Positions 12,792 to 26,870 of a stretch of DNA of 64,000 nt are shown one piece after another. A program made the position numbers and the translations under genes. Origin of the DNA: Octopus vulgaris (lineage: Eukaryota); NCBI GenBank assembly GCA_951406725.2, contig OX597824.1, forward strand, positions 92,752,001 through 92,816,000, written 5' to 3'. Under the pieces are notes generated by a model. That model was not told the origin of the DNA. It ran no database searches and saw only the letters and a list, made by a program, of their open reading frames with translations. Position 1 is the stretch's first letter, and the number at the start of each line of letters is the position of its first letter.

Positions 12792-13311
12792 ATATGCATG
12801 TATGTATAGGAAATGAAGTACCTGTAAGAGACATGTTATGTAGATTATTTTTCGCTAATGTGCGTGGGATGTAATAATGTATGTTAACTTCCCTGTTTGG
12901 CATTACTCTCTGTTTAAAGAGCCCGTTGCGATCGCCGTTAGATTAGGTAAAATCAGACAAACGCGAGTTTAAGTCATGCTAGAGTGTGTGACAGAGAGAT
13001 AGAGCGAGAGAGAGAGAGAGATTGAGTTAGTGAATGAGGGAGATTGGGTGAACGAGAGAAAGAGAGAAGCCAAATATTTGAAACTGTTGACACAAATAGA
13101 TTATAAAGAAGGAAAATATGCAGTAAAAATATTGTAACTGCGAGATTGCTTCCCCTTCTTTAAATCACTCTCGTCTCTCTCTCTCCCTCTCTCCCTCTCT
13201 CTCTCTCTCTCTCTCACTCTCTCCCTTTCGTTGTCTGACTCTGCTTCTCTTTTGACATCTACATATACGTACATTCATACATGTATATATATATATATAG
13301 CTGTATATATG

Positions 13312-13347
<36 letters not shown>

Positions 13348-13379
13348 GATAGATAGAGAGAAAGACATACAGACAGACC

Positions 13380-13425
<46 letters not shown>

Positions 13426-13528
13426 CATACACATATCCATATAATGTATGCGTGTGTTTATGTTTATATATGCACACTCACAAACATATGCATATGTATA
13501 CACGCACTGCCATTCATATATATGTATG

Positions 13529-13579
<51 letters not shown>

Positions 13580-13599
13580 TTATATATATATATATATAT

Positions 13600-13701
<102 letters not shown>

Positions 13702-14794
13702 ATATATATATATATATATATGAGCACGTGCATATTTTATTCACTGGCGAAATATGTACACATGTCCATAGGAGACAAATAAGCCGGAAATTTCCCTATT
13801 GGCAGCGCATAATCGCTTCTAGATATTACGACAGAAACGAAATCATTTATAACCATGCAAATCTGATTTCACCAGGGATAAGAACGGATGGTCATGTTAT
13901 AATTCAATACGAGATAAGTTGTTTTGAAATTAAATAAAACCAACATTCCCAGGAACGGCATCAAATTATTAAGTAATTTCCATTCACTAGCAATATTATA
14001 ACTGCACTACTTTCGAAAATTCCTGAGACAGGTAGAGAAGCGAATAACACTCTCTAACGCCGTGTCTTTCTTCCTATCTAGTTGCTCGTCTGCAACGTTA
14101 CTAAATAACTTCTAACAAGCTGGCAATATTCCTGTTTGCTAAAATATTTGGCTGTTCATTCTTCAGAGACGGAGAGGGTAGCATTTAGACAATCTGCAGA
14201 ATGAACGAATAAATGAATAAATAATAAGATTTATAGATCACTGTAACAGCTACGAAATCCCCCGCGGTTTAAAGTACAGCACCGATGAGGAAGCATTTGA
14301 AATGGTGTATCATGGGTGCTAGCATAAATAACGGAGATGGAGCAACGCTTTAATTAATTAAACCTATACATTAGTAAGGAGAAAACAAAACAAATACGTT
14401 TTATGATTCATAGATGGAGAATCAGTTGAGCGGTAGCAACATCGGCTTAGTTGTTTTAATTCGATTCTGCACACTAAGATCCAATCGTGACGAAGTCAAC
14501 TTCTCCGCTTTTCCACTACTCTTTTCGCGTTCACTGAAAAAACAGAAAAACAGTATCGATCTAAAGATGTACCGATAGAGTAGACCAATAAAAACGTGGT
14601 AGAGGATTCAATATTTTATCAGTTCACCTCCACATATGATCGAGTAACGAGCAATTTGGTTGCATTTAGCAGATTCTAATTGATTGCTACATTTTATAGA
14701 TACAGATCGCCTCCATTGTACGTTCAAATGTCCAAAAGTCCAAATAACGGGTCGTGAGCGGTACTCAGTCTCTAAAAGCTACCAATGAAATTGT

Positions 14795-15112
14795 GCATGG
14801 CTTAACAGCTAGGCTGTTTGGATTTCGATTGTAATGGTGTGAGTTCAGTTCTCGGCGGTGCGATGATAACTCGAGCGAAACACTTTATTTCATGTTTTTC
14901 ACCATATAATCACCTGGGAAAGTAGAGTTTCACCTGTATTTTTCAAACGACCATTTGGTCACACCCTGCATTATGCTGAATCTTACTTGAGAACTACGTG
15001 AAGGATACGGGTCTTTCTGGAGTACTCTGCTGCAGGCGCGTTAATTTCACGAGCATAAAAAAATCCATTGATTGGATCAATTGGACACCTGATTGTCGTT
15101 ACCGATGGAATG
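14795..15112 (+). mobile_element. SINE family B, degenerate
   Basis: GAGCGAAACAC..GCTGAATC..GAGAACTACGTGAAGG..GTTAATTTCACGAGCA..ACCGATGGAATGC. Confidence 0.7.
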
Positions 15113-15590
15113 CTAATTTAAGAATGACAGCTTTGCTCCTTAAAGCCAAAGAAACAATTTTAAATTAAATGTTATAAGACATTAAAAAAACTACTGCACA
15201 GAGAAAAATACATTGACAAATTCAAATACCTTGTGCTCTAACAACTCATTTTCAGGGAAGCAAATGTTAACATTGCGTGACAGATACCTGATATCCTCAT
15301 ATTATAAAGACTGTAAAACATCTCTGGCAATGTTTTGTAGTGTGGATTTTTGTTTCTTTATTATGATACACAGAGCGTAACATGTTGCAATTATGTCATT
15401 GATAGTAAAATATATTTACAGACTTCCAAGGATCGTAATACAAATGTTTAACTTCGCAATGTCTGCTATGTTGGCCAGTTAAATGATTAGGGATATTTAT
15501 GTATTTTTCCGAATAACCGTGATTCTCTGATATAAGCGGAGAGGCCGTAAAGTTAATGGAAATACATGCATGCATATACACACACACGCG

Positions 15591-15654
<64 letters not shown>

Positions 15655-16580
15655 TGCATATACATACATTGACATATGTGTATATATATGGATGTATATG
15701 TATTTATGTGTCTATTTATGTCTGCGTAGAGAATGTAGTGAATAAAAATGCACAGAAAGTTTATGCAAGATAATATATATATATGGATACCAGCATAGCG
15801 ATCATGAGTTCAATTCCTAAGCCTAGTGTGCATTGCTTTGTTGTGGAAAGCGCTTCCTCCGACGGTGTTTTGGGATCCCTTCGACATCTAAAGCGTGGTA
15901 CACAGTGCCCCTATTCGATCACATCGAGGTGATGGAAGGAGTGACCTAATATGTGGTACAATAATTTGATCATTATAAACAAATCATTCGACAAAAGCTG
16001 AATGCTCATACGTCTTCTTCGATGGGAGAGTCCATTACATGCGGAAAAAATATTTACGAAGTCAACCGGTTTCGATCGACTTAATTATGACCAAGAAGTT
16101 ACTAATAATGTTATAATTTCATGTTATCATTGGAAATTTTCATTTTAAATATGCCTAAAGTTGTGATGGACAGCAAACTTAAGACCAGAAGTGTTTGAGA
16201 GCTATTTGCATATGTTCACATTCTACATTACCGTTTGCCGTAGACAAAATTTCCCGCTTATAAAAAACGTCATAGAACACGATGATAAGATAGCGCTTCT
16301 AGTGGACTGATCGATGCATTTGGAATTCCTTTGTTTTCCTCAATACTAAATACTATGCGGGGTAACAATAAACTGAATAAAACCGTGGGCGGATCCATGA
16401 TCCCTCGGGACTGATGGATGTCTGTTATATATACACAAATGCGCAAAGAATTGCACTGGTTAACGTTTTGCTTTAGCGTATTTCAATCAAACGAAATTTA
16501 ATTTTTATAGAATTATATAGAATGGAATTTAATATCCATTAGAATGATACAACAAATACAACGAAAATGAAGATACATAC

Positions 16581-16708
<128 letters not shown>

Positions 16709-17009
16709 AAGTGGCATTTATAGGATGGGAATTGATCAATAATTGTACAGGTAGAAATAGTGACGAATTTTTATGTAAGAATTAAGAATAGCATAAGAGA
16801 ACGGGAAATGAAGAATATCATAAAGAATGAATGATTGGGATAAATGAATAAGGAACTTTTGGTAAAGAATCGGAAATATGGGATTATGGGATTAAAGTAT
16901 GAAAGGGTCTTATGAATTTGTTTGAAAGAAAATTCATAAAAGATTCATAAGGAGGAGAAGTTTGCTTCGTCAAAACAGAAACAAAATACGAAAAAGGATA
17001 GGAGCGGCG

Positions 17010-17031
17010 GACAGAGATAGAAAGTGATAGG

Positions 17032-17067
<36 letters not shown>

Positions 17068-17147
17068 GAGAGAGAGAGAGAGAGAGAAGGACAGAAAGGA
17101 AGGAAGGAAGGAAGGAAGAAAGAAAGAAAGAAAGAAGGAAGGAAGGA

Positions 17148-17206
<59 letters not shown>

Positions 17207-17240
17207 GAAGAAAGAAAGAAAAAAAAAGAAAGGAAGAATG
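17010..17240. repeat. (GA)n/(GAAA)n/(GAAG)n purine tract
   Basis: Direct reading. Confidence 0.9.
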
Positions 17241-17503
17241 TGTATAAGGCTGAGGTGAGGAGATTGAAGATTGGAAAGAAATCTGATACAGCAAACAGGA
17301 GATATACAAAGTCGAACCAAATCATGAATTTACAGGAAATTTACTTATAAGTATCAGTGCGTATGTGTGTGTGTATGTGTGTGTATGTGTGTCTATGCGT
17401 GTGTGCCTGCGTCTGTAAATTTGTAAGGGTGTATATGAGCATATACGTTACAGAGATAGATAGGAAGATAGGTAGAAAGGTAGAAAGATAGAAATAATTA
17501 TAC

Positions 17504-17568
<65 letters not shown>

Positions 17569-17642
17569 CATACAAATACGCATAATAAATATATACACAT
17601 AATGAGAGAAAAATACCAAGTGATTTTGAGATATAGAAATAT

Positions 17643-18052
17643 AGGCGAAGCAGTGTGGTACGGAGCTTGCTTCCCAACGACGTGGTTCTGGGTTCAGTCC
17701 CACTGCGTGGCACGGTGGTCAAGTGCCTTCTGCTATAGCCTCGAGCTGACCAGTGCCTTTTGCGTGGAGATGTTAAACGGCAACTAAAAGTAGCTCGTCG
17801 TATATATATATATATATATATAGTCGTTTGCTTTTTAAGTCCTTTGGTTTTACTGGGATCTCCCTTTTAAGTAGAAAGAATAGCCAAAACTTTTTGACTG
17901 CTATTTCTAAATTCGGTGTGTGGTAAGGCAAATCGTTGCTAAACCCTTAATTACTTAGTATTACTTAAACCTTCCTTGACATGCCGAACTCTACTTGGTG
18001 AAATTAATGATTATTTCTAAATTAATTAATTTCACCCTTTATTATTGATAAT

Positions 18053-18127
<75 letters not shown>

Positions 18128-18300
18128 GTTTACGTGTGTGTATGTGCGTGTTTGTCCCCATCACCGCTTAGCAGCAAAAGAAACCGACAAAATAAGTATT
18201 ATGCTTAAAAAATAGGTCTTGTGGTCAATTTGATCGACTATATTTCCTCAAAGAAGTGCGTCAGCATGGCCGCAGTCAAATGACTGATACAAGATAAAGA
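17643..18300 (+). mobile_element. SINE family A split at its internal TA tract by an insertion
   Basis: 5' half at 17643-17800, 3' half at 18127-18300. Confidence 0.8.
17822..18056 (+). mobile_element. PLE pLTR-like 3' fragment nested in the SINE TA tract
   Basis: CTGCTATTTCTA motif, 10-bp stem, TACTTGGTGAAATT..CACCCT tail; homologous to 55275-55619. Confidence 0.65.
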
Positions 18301-18542
18301 ATAACCATTTTGTAGATATTTAAGAAAACCCACAATGAAGGAGAGAACAGCGAAGGAAGGAAAATGGGAGAAAGACATCATTGAATGATAATAAAATGTA
18401 GCAAAAAAAAAAAAAAAATTCAGAAATGGAATGAAAAAAAATACTCACAAGAATAAATTAGAATAAATGAAATCTCGAAGAATGAATGTGGAAGAAAATA
18501 CTTTCAGGTGATTAAACAATGTAGAAAATGTATTTGTGTGGA

Positions 18543-18927
18543 TGGAAGCACTCCGTCGCTAATGACGATGAGGGTTCCGGTTGATCCGAATCAACGGAAC
18601 AGCCTGCTCGTGAAATTAACGTGTAAGTGGCTGAGCACTCCACAGACACGTGCACCCTTAACGTAGTTCTCGGGGATATTCAGCGTGACACAGAGAGTGA
18701 CAAGGCCGGCCCCTTGAAATACAGGTACAACAGAAACAGGAAGTAAGAGTGAGAGAAAGCTGTGGTGAAAGAGTACAGCAGGGATCACCACCATCCCCTG
18801 CCGGAGCCTCGTGGAGCTTTTAGGTTTTTTCGCTCAATAAACACTCACAACGCCTGGTCTGGGAATCGAAACCGCGATCCTATGACCGCGAGTCCGCTGC
18901 CCTATCCACTGGGCCATTGCGCCTCCA
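18543..18927 (-). mobile_element. SINE family B (tRNA-derived, Octopus OR-like), full length with 12-bp TSD
   Basis: Head GGAGGCGCAATGGCCCAGTGG..GGTTTCGATTCCC; TSD ATGTATTTGTGT at 18528-18539 and 18929-18940. Confidence 0.92.
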
Positions 18928-19277
18928 CATGTATTTGTGTATATTGCGCAGAAAGGAATAGGTCGAAAGAGAGAATGAGAAAACTATGCGACGGAATGAT
19001 TATGACGAAAGCAATGAATATGCAAATGAGATATATGCAGAGATGGAGAGAGCGAAAGGGAATGAGAACTGTGAAAGGAAATTATTATGTATGGGAAAAA
19101 CATGCCCAAAAGCACAACGTATGTACGCAAGTATGTACGTACGTACGTTCGTGCGTACGTATGTACGTATGTATGTATGTATGAATGTATGAATGCATGC
19201 AGGTAGCTCTCTCTCTCTCACTATATATATTATACTATATAATATATATGTGTGTGTCTGTGTCTCGGTATGTACAT

Positions 19278-19342
<65 letters not shown>

Positions 19343-19392
19343 ATGTGTGTGATTGTCTGCACATGGAGATATATATATATATATATTGTATG

Positions 19393-19448
<56 letters not shown>

Positions 19449-19478
19449 GTGCAGACACTCACACACATACACACACAC

Positions 19479-19529
<51 letters not shown>

Positions 19530-20174
19530 ATATATATATATATTGAGGATACTTTTATGTAGATATGGTTATATATGCGTATATTAGTGAGAGTAAGTGG
19601 AGTGCTTATAAACATGTACGATTGCATTGCAGGGGAAGGGGGATGCAGAGAGGGACACAGGGAAAAGTGCCTTCGAAAATAGGAATAAACGAAGAGGAAA
19701 TGGAAATGGAATTGAAGAATATTAAATTTGGAACATCTGGTACTAAATGCGCTAACTTTAAATGGAAAAGCTGGTAAGGACTATAACGCCAACTTTATCG
19801 ACTATAAATGCTACAAAATGAACAACTTTATAAACTAGAAAAGTAACAATCTGTGCACAAAGATAATAAAAGGAACGTTAAAATCGAATCATCCTTAATT
19901 TTTGTAACCAACAAAAATTGGTACAACAACACGAACTGCAGCAATAAATAGGGACTAAGAATAATAACAAATGCGAAACTGGAATTGCTTCTGACTGCAA
20001 CAACAGCAGTAGAAACCAGAAAAGCAAAAGGAAGAGGAATTTCCACATGCAGGTTTGACCTTCCGGGTAATTTGAAATGTACTTTTATTATTTTAAATAT
20101 ATATTTATGTAAATGAGGTAGGAGGTATGGCTAATCCAGGAGCGCATTATAATAAACATTTTAAAGTTCTCCAA

Positions 20175-20340
20175 GGCGCAGGAGTGCCTGTGTGGTAAGT
20201 AGCTTGCTTACCAGCCACATGGTTCCGGGTTCAGTCCCACTGTGTGGTATTTTGGTCAAGCGTCTTCTACTATAGACACGGGCACACCAAAGCCTTGTGA
20301 GTGAATTTGGTACACGGCATCTGAAAGAAGCACGTCGTAT
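20175..20340 (+). mobile_element. SINE family A, 5' half
   Basis: GGCGCAGGAGTG..GGTAAGTAGCTTGCTTACC..GGGTTCAGTCCCACTG..CTGAAAGAAGC. Confidence 0.85.
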
Positions 20341-20530
20341 ATATGCATTCTGTTCCATTACCGCGAGCGCTAACTTCAGTACGCCAGCAGCACCATCGCT
20401 GCTATCAACTACCTTGTACAACCACCACGACTAACACCAATTTTACACCAGTACCACCGTGTCGACCACCATCAAGTAGCTAGCAATATTACCAGTCTAC
20501 CTTCAACAAAATCACAGTTCTCACAACCAT

Positions 20531-20948
20531 CTATTTCTTTATTACCCACAAGGGGCTAAACATAGAGGGGACAAACAAAGACAGACATAAGTACTAAGTC
20601 GATTACATCGACTCCAGTGCGTAACTGGTACTCGTTTTATCGACTCCGAACGAATGAAAGGCAAAGTCGACCTCGGCGGAATTTGAACTCAGAACGTAAC
20701 GACAGACAAAATACCTATTTCTTTACTACCCACAAGTGGCTAAACACAGAGAGGATAAACAAGGACAGACAAACGGATTAAGGCGATTACATCGACCCCG
20801 GTGCGTAACTGGTACTTAATTTATCGATCCCGAAAGAATGAAAGGCAAAGTCGACCTCGGCGGATTTTGAACTCGCAAGGTAACGACAGACGAAATACGG
20901 CTACGCATTTCGCCCGGCGCGCTAACGTTTCTGCCAGCTCGCCACCTT
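20531..20948 (-). mobile_element. SINE family C (Meta-domain-like core) with tandem 184-bp 3' unit
   Basis: Minus strand GGCGAGCTGGCAGAAACGTTAGC head; GTCGACTTTGCCTTTCAT core occurs twice; imperfect TSD TTCTCAC(AA/CC)CCATC. Confidence 0.88.
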
Positions 20949-21880
20949 AAATTCTCACCCCCATCATCACCAACTCCACCATTCCCAATAGCACACCATT
21001 ATTATCACAAGAAGGACAATTGTAAAAAAAATATCAACTGAGAACAGCACGAATTGCTCTAACAGTTCATACACCACAACGACGACGACCACCACCACCA
21101 ACATAGCCACCTCCACAGTAACCAATTTTGCAACCACTACAATCTGTCCGACTACCACCACGACTACTACCAACATTGCAAATCCAATGCCGCCACACAA
21201 TTAATTTCTTCATGTCCTCGTAAGTGAATCTACTTTCCAAAGACTATACAGAATTCCCAATTGAAGCAACAAGTGATCCTAAAGTTCTATATGAACAGAT
21301 ATCCATTTATTTTTATTTCTATTTCGATATTTGTTTAATTTCCATCTCATTTTACACTTCCATTTATTGTATACATTTTTTTCCCCTGAAATAGTTTTCT
21401 ATATATCATTTATTTCATAATAGACCCACCGAGATGTCATTCTGTTAATATATCAATAACTACCTTCAGGGAAAACAATATATATATGTTCACACCGGAG
21501 ACATAGAAATCTCTATTGAAACTAAAATCCTTTTTTACAATGATATCGTATTTATTTTCCAGTTTCCGTTTTCTATTTTCGTATCTATAGAATGAGCACT
21601 TCAGGAGGAAATGTCGTTAAATTGCACTGACCTCCATTGGTGCACAGATATATTCAAAATATGAAGCCACTCGTCAAAGTTGACACATAAATATATGCAC
21701 ACACGTTGGCTTGGTTAGGAAAGAATCACGAGGACCGGTCTAACTACAGAGTAATCCCAGTATAATACTAAATAATTATAGTCTGCCGTGGTAGAGGGAA
21801 ATTTCGGCCTCGTTCATTTACGCACTCATGTGCATAAACATACAGACATATATATATATATATACTCTCTCTATTACTCT

Positions 21881-22078
21881 ATTACTTGTTTCAGTCATTT
21901 TGTCTGCGGCCATGCTGGAGCACCGCCTTTAGTCGATCAAATCGACCCCGGGACTTATTCTTTGTAAGCCCAGTACTTATTCTGTCGGTCTCTTTTGCCG
22001 AACCGCTAGGTGACGGGGACGTAAACACACAAGCATCGGTTGTCAAGCAATGCTAGGGGGACAAACACAGACACACAA

Positions 22079-22111
<33 letters not shown>

Positions 22112-22266
22112 CATATATACGACAGGCTTCTTTCAGTTTCCGTCTACCAAATCCACTCACAAGGCATTGGTCGGCCCGGGGCTATAGCAGAAGACATTTT
22201 CCCAACATGCCACGCAGTGGGACTGAACCCACAACCATGTGGCTGGTTAGCAAGCTACTTACCACA
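21881..22266 (-). mobile_element. SINE family A, near full length
   Basis: Head, internal TA/TG tract and tail AAAGGCGGTGCTCCAGCATGGCCGCAG..GACTGAAACAAGTAA. Confidence 0.92.
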
Positions 22267-22534
22267 AGGCAACTATATATGTTAGCCATGGATGTGTACA
22301 TATATATTTGTTGGTGTAGGTGTGTATTTGTGTGTGTGACATTTTTGGACAAATGGGTATATGTCATTTGGTGTGCCGATATATTGAGTAAAGTACTGGC
22401 ACGATTTGTGCCACCTTGTGCCATCCGCAGTTATAGTATATTCCCGTTGGATATACTTCAGGAAATCCGCAGTGTTAGTTGAGATAATAATCGATTAAGG
22501 GAACAGAAGACGGATTTGGTATTAGTCGTAATGT

Positions 22535-22735
<201 letters not shown>

Positions 22736-22764
22736 TATGTGTGAGTGTTAGTGTGTGATTCTGC

Positions 22765-23012
22765 GTTCTCTAAGGAAGAGGGAAAATTCGTGCGATTAAT
22801 CCCGAAATCGATTCAATATAGGATAACGAAATTTTTAAAAACTCCTGTTAGCTTGCCTTCTGCGATTTCAGCGCGACGTGTATTCGTCATGAATATATAT
22901 TGTAATGTGGTGATTGACAATTTAAAGTCTATTCTCAGCATATAGGCATAGAAATCATTTTTTTCTTTTGCCCTTGGTTATAATTATTTATAATTTAATT
23001 TTCACCTTTTAA
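22765..23012 (+). mobile_element. Decayed PLE pLTR
   Basis: GAAGA GGGA..TCCC GAAA TCGATT (palindromic stem III), TCTATTCTCAGCATA motif, stem followed by CTTGG..AATTTTCACC tail. Confidence 0.5.
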
Positions 23013-23252
23013 GGTATTTTAATATCCTGGCCATTTTTGATAGAATTTCTTTGGAAAACAACTTCATCCTACTTTAGAAATACATATATATGGGTGCATA
23101 ATAGCACCTACAACTGTCAGAAATGAGAACCAAAATTTTACTCCAACATCCATACAAAAGCATTGGCCTCATGGAGTATTCGGCGCTGCGTGCATCAAAC
23201 TGAAAGATCTGTCTTTGGCGAGATGCACCAACAGAATGACGTCGTTCGATAA

Positions 23253-23312
23253 AACCTTATGACGTGATTTCGAAACTCGATCAACAGGATCTTGCTCCTT
23301 ATCAGAGGTTCC
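23253..23312 (-). ncRNA. Type I hammerhead with G8A core change
   Basis: AACCT CTGATAA GGAGC-AA-GATC-CTGTT-GATC-GA-GTTTC GAAA TCACGTC ATA AGGTT. Confidence 0.65.
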
Positions 23313-24055
23313 ACAATTGCTCCGGTTTAAAACAGAAAGTCCCCCTCTGCAGTGATACACATGTGATCCACCCTTCTATATTACTATAACTCTTCTATTG
23401 TACATAATGATGTGGTGTGAATTTCGCGAGATTTGGCTGCTGTTTCTCTCATATACAGTGTCCTTGGCGCATTTCCCTTGACGGCTGACATGATAGTTCT
23501 CCCGTTCCTGTAGACTTTTAAAGCCTTGCGCTGACATATATGCACCGAATGGCTTTGCAATGTTGATCTTGTTAGAGTTTCTTTTTAAATTTAAGGTCAT
23601 ATTTTTTTGGTAGATATACACCATTCCTACATTATATATATTCACACACGCGTATGTGTCTTTGTGTGTGTGTATGTGTGTGTATGCAAGTAGGTATGTA
23701 TATACATTGTTTTTCTTGATTCGCCATTGTGACTGACAGCATATTGCTTTGTCTATTTTTCTGGTTGTGTTTTAGAGTTTATACTTTTTCGTCTCTGCGT
23801 TTAACTTATTTAATCTTCTATAAAATCTTTTATGGCTTCTCTCAAACAGTTTATTATTATATAAAGAAACGTTCACAGTTTTCAAAGAGCTTAATACACT
23901 GTCATTATTAATATTTCTAGTCTTAATCCCTCTAATAATAACTTTGTTTTCCAACCGTATTCTTGTTATATCTCGCATAAAACTCATATACACACAGAGA
24001 TACACACAAATAAACACACACATAGATACATACACACACAGATACACACACATAG

Positions 24056-24140
<85 letters not shown>

Positions 24141-24323
24141 TGTGCATATATATATATACATATATGTATATATATATATATATGCATATGTACATATGTA
24201 TATATGTATATACCTGTATATACATATATACATGCATGCACATATATATATATACATATATAAAACACATATATATATATATAATATATATATATAATAT
24301 ATAAAAAATATATATATGTATAA

Positions 24324-24447
24324 GGTTAATCCAAACAAGAAAACACCAAAAAACAAAAAAAACACAACAACGAAAGGACGTGGAACAAATAAAGTATTAT
24401 TGGATGCTCAGGAAAGAAGGGAAGAAGGAGGGTTTAACGTTTCGAGC
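24324..24447 (-). mobile_element. Second copy of the 2076-2229 pLTR-like family, truncated within the hammerhead
   Basis: GTTAATCCAAACAAGAAAACAC..GGGTTTAACGTTTCGAGC then (TA)n. Confidence 0.75.
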
Positions 24448-24577
<130 letters not shown>

Positions 24578-25440
24578 GTATGTATATATATATTTGTATG
24601 CACACGTATGCTTCCTATTTTTATTCGATTCTCAATTTTTGTCTATTTTATTCCGTTTTGATCGTTCTTTTTTTTCCTTTCTCTATGGCTTCATTCACAT
24701 CAGTTTTCTTTTCCGATGTTTCTGTGTTATTGACGATCTTATTTATTCTTTATTACCATTGTCACTGAGTGAGAGAGCATCGCATGCCGTCAGAGTGACA
24801 TAGGGCACAAAAATACGAAGTCCCATATGACCCATTATGACATCATATGTGATAAGAGTACACCAGGCGAAATGATGAACTGACCTCAAGACAAAATAAA
24901 CGGCGTATGTATATTTTGACTTTTAGATATGTCCCAGTTTGAAGTTTCTTCAGGGCGGATAGCCTATCCCGTTATGCCGCTCAAAATGTCCCTGGATAAA
25001 CGTTTTGAAGAATGATGAATGAAACCACCGTGTTTCCAGGGGTCAATTGTTCAAATGCCAAAAAATTCATCTCACCACATGGCTATGATGTTCCCCATTA
25101 CTCCTGTTTGTAATCAGACAAGAACATAACGCTGGGCACAGATGGACATGCTCAACTAGTTTAGACTAAGCCACTAACAAAACTATCTTTCACCTTATCG
25201 CGGTTCAAATATCACGGTTTATTATTTAAGCTTTCGATGATTCCTCCGTAGTGTTGTTTTGCATTTATAATAAAATAAATATATGCAAATTATGAAAATA
25301 ATAAAAATAAATATTCAGTACCGTACTGTTCCTACATCGCGGATTTTCACGTAACAGACAATATTCGTGGGATTTATTGCGCACAGTATTTCCTGTAAAA
25401 CATCACTTACCCCAACACAAAAGCATAGATGTTAACACTT

Positions 25441-25465
25441 CTATATACCTGGCCTAGTGGCCTCA

Positions 25466-25520
<55 letters not shown>

Positions 25521-25830
25521 GGCATATGCCAGAGTATGGTTGCATTCTCGTTTTCTGTGAACTTTTCTGGCGTGTGCTTATACCATTTTTTTCTGTTGTT
25601 ATCCCACAGTGTTGGCATAGCTTCCAGTGTATGTAGGCCCCAACTCTGTCGTTTCGCTGAATATATACCTTTTTAGCCAGGACTAGGCATCCAGAGATAA
25701 TATGATTTATTGTTTCTTGTCCATCTCCACATATTCTACAGTTACTTGTTATATTTCTTTTCATATGTTTTTGGTAAATCCTGGCTTTGGCCTTTTGCTG
25801 CAATTAAAAATCCTCCAGTCTCTGCTTTGA
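25441..25830 (-). mobile_element. R4/Dong-type LINE fragment (CCHC knuckle region)
   Basis: CRICGDGQETINHIISGC..DRVGAYIHWKLC; a (GA)n tract interrupts just before IEATRPGI. Confidence 0.85.
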
Positions 25831-25919
25831 GTTCTGAGCTTCTTCTTTTTCTTCTTCTTCTTTTTCTTCTTCTTCTTTTTCTTCTTCTTCTTCTTCTTCT
25901 TCTTCTTCTTCTTCTTCTT

Positions 25920-26027
<108 letters not shown>

Positions 26028-26028
26028 T

Positions 26029-26533
26029 TCTTCTTCTTTCAAATTTGCTTCCATTTCTTGCCGAGTGTCTTCCCGACTCCTAGGGCAAAGAAACACATAG
26101 TATACATTGGTAGGCCATTAAACTAAACTCAATAGTTCGTTCATTTTTTTTAAAGTTAAATTAAAATACATGGGTAGTAATAATTCTCACATCGACAATG
26201 CTCTTCTCAATACGTGTGATGTACCAGTTAAGACAATCTTTTGCACTTCTTGCAGGGGTGGTAAGCCAGGGATCATTCTTATATAATTTTCGGTTCCCTT
26301 CTTGATCATTCCTAGTGCTCCTACGATCACTGGTATTGTAACCGCCTTGAGATGCCACATTTTCTCAATTTCAATGAGTAGGTCTTTATATTTTCTGAGC
26401 TTGTCAAACTCTTTCGCCGAGATATTATGATCACAGGGGATGTTCATGTCAATCAATAAGCAAACTTTATTGTTTTTGTCTTTCACAACAATATCTGGTT
26501 TATTGGCTTTGATGGAAAGTCCCACAGAATCGT
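26029..26533 (-). mobile_element. R4/Dong-type LINE 3' end (RLE PD..D..K domain), TAA-flanked on both sides
   Basis: IKANKPDIVVKDKNNKVCLLIDMNIP..KLRKYKDL..PVIVGALG..VLRRALSM*; frame is uninterrupted. Confidence 0.9.
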
Positions 26534-26538
26534 TACGC

Positions 26539-26595
<57 letters not shown>

Positions 26596-26650
26596 ATTAT
26601 TATTATTATTATCATCATCATCATTATTATTATTATTATCATCATCATCA

Positions 26651-26726
<76 letters not shown>

Positions 26727-26813
26727 CATTATTATTATTATTACAATTATTATTATTATTATTATCATAATTCTTGTTATACTTCTTCTTCACTTCTTCT
26801 TCTTCTTCTTCTA

Positions 26814-26870
<57 letters not shown>

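Noticed and set aside
14276-14320. CCGATGA..GAAA..GTA hammerhead candidate
   Set aside because: Stem II is mostly G-U and stem I does not form
16058-16105. Minus-strand GAAACCGGTT with a stem II
   Set aside because: No recognisable core
24760-25185. Possible fourth SINE family on the minus strand
   Set aside because: There is no second copy in the window to support it
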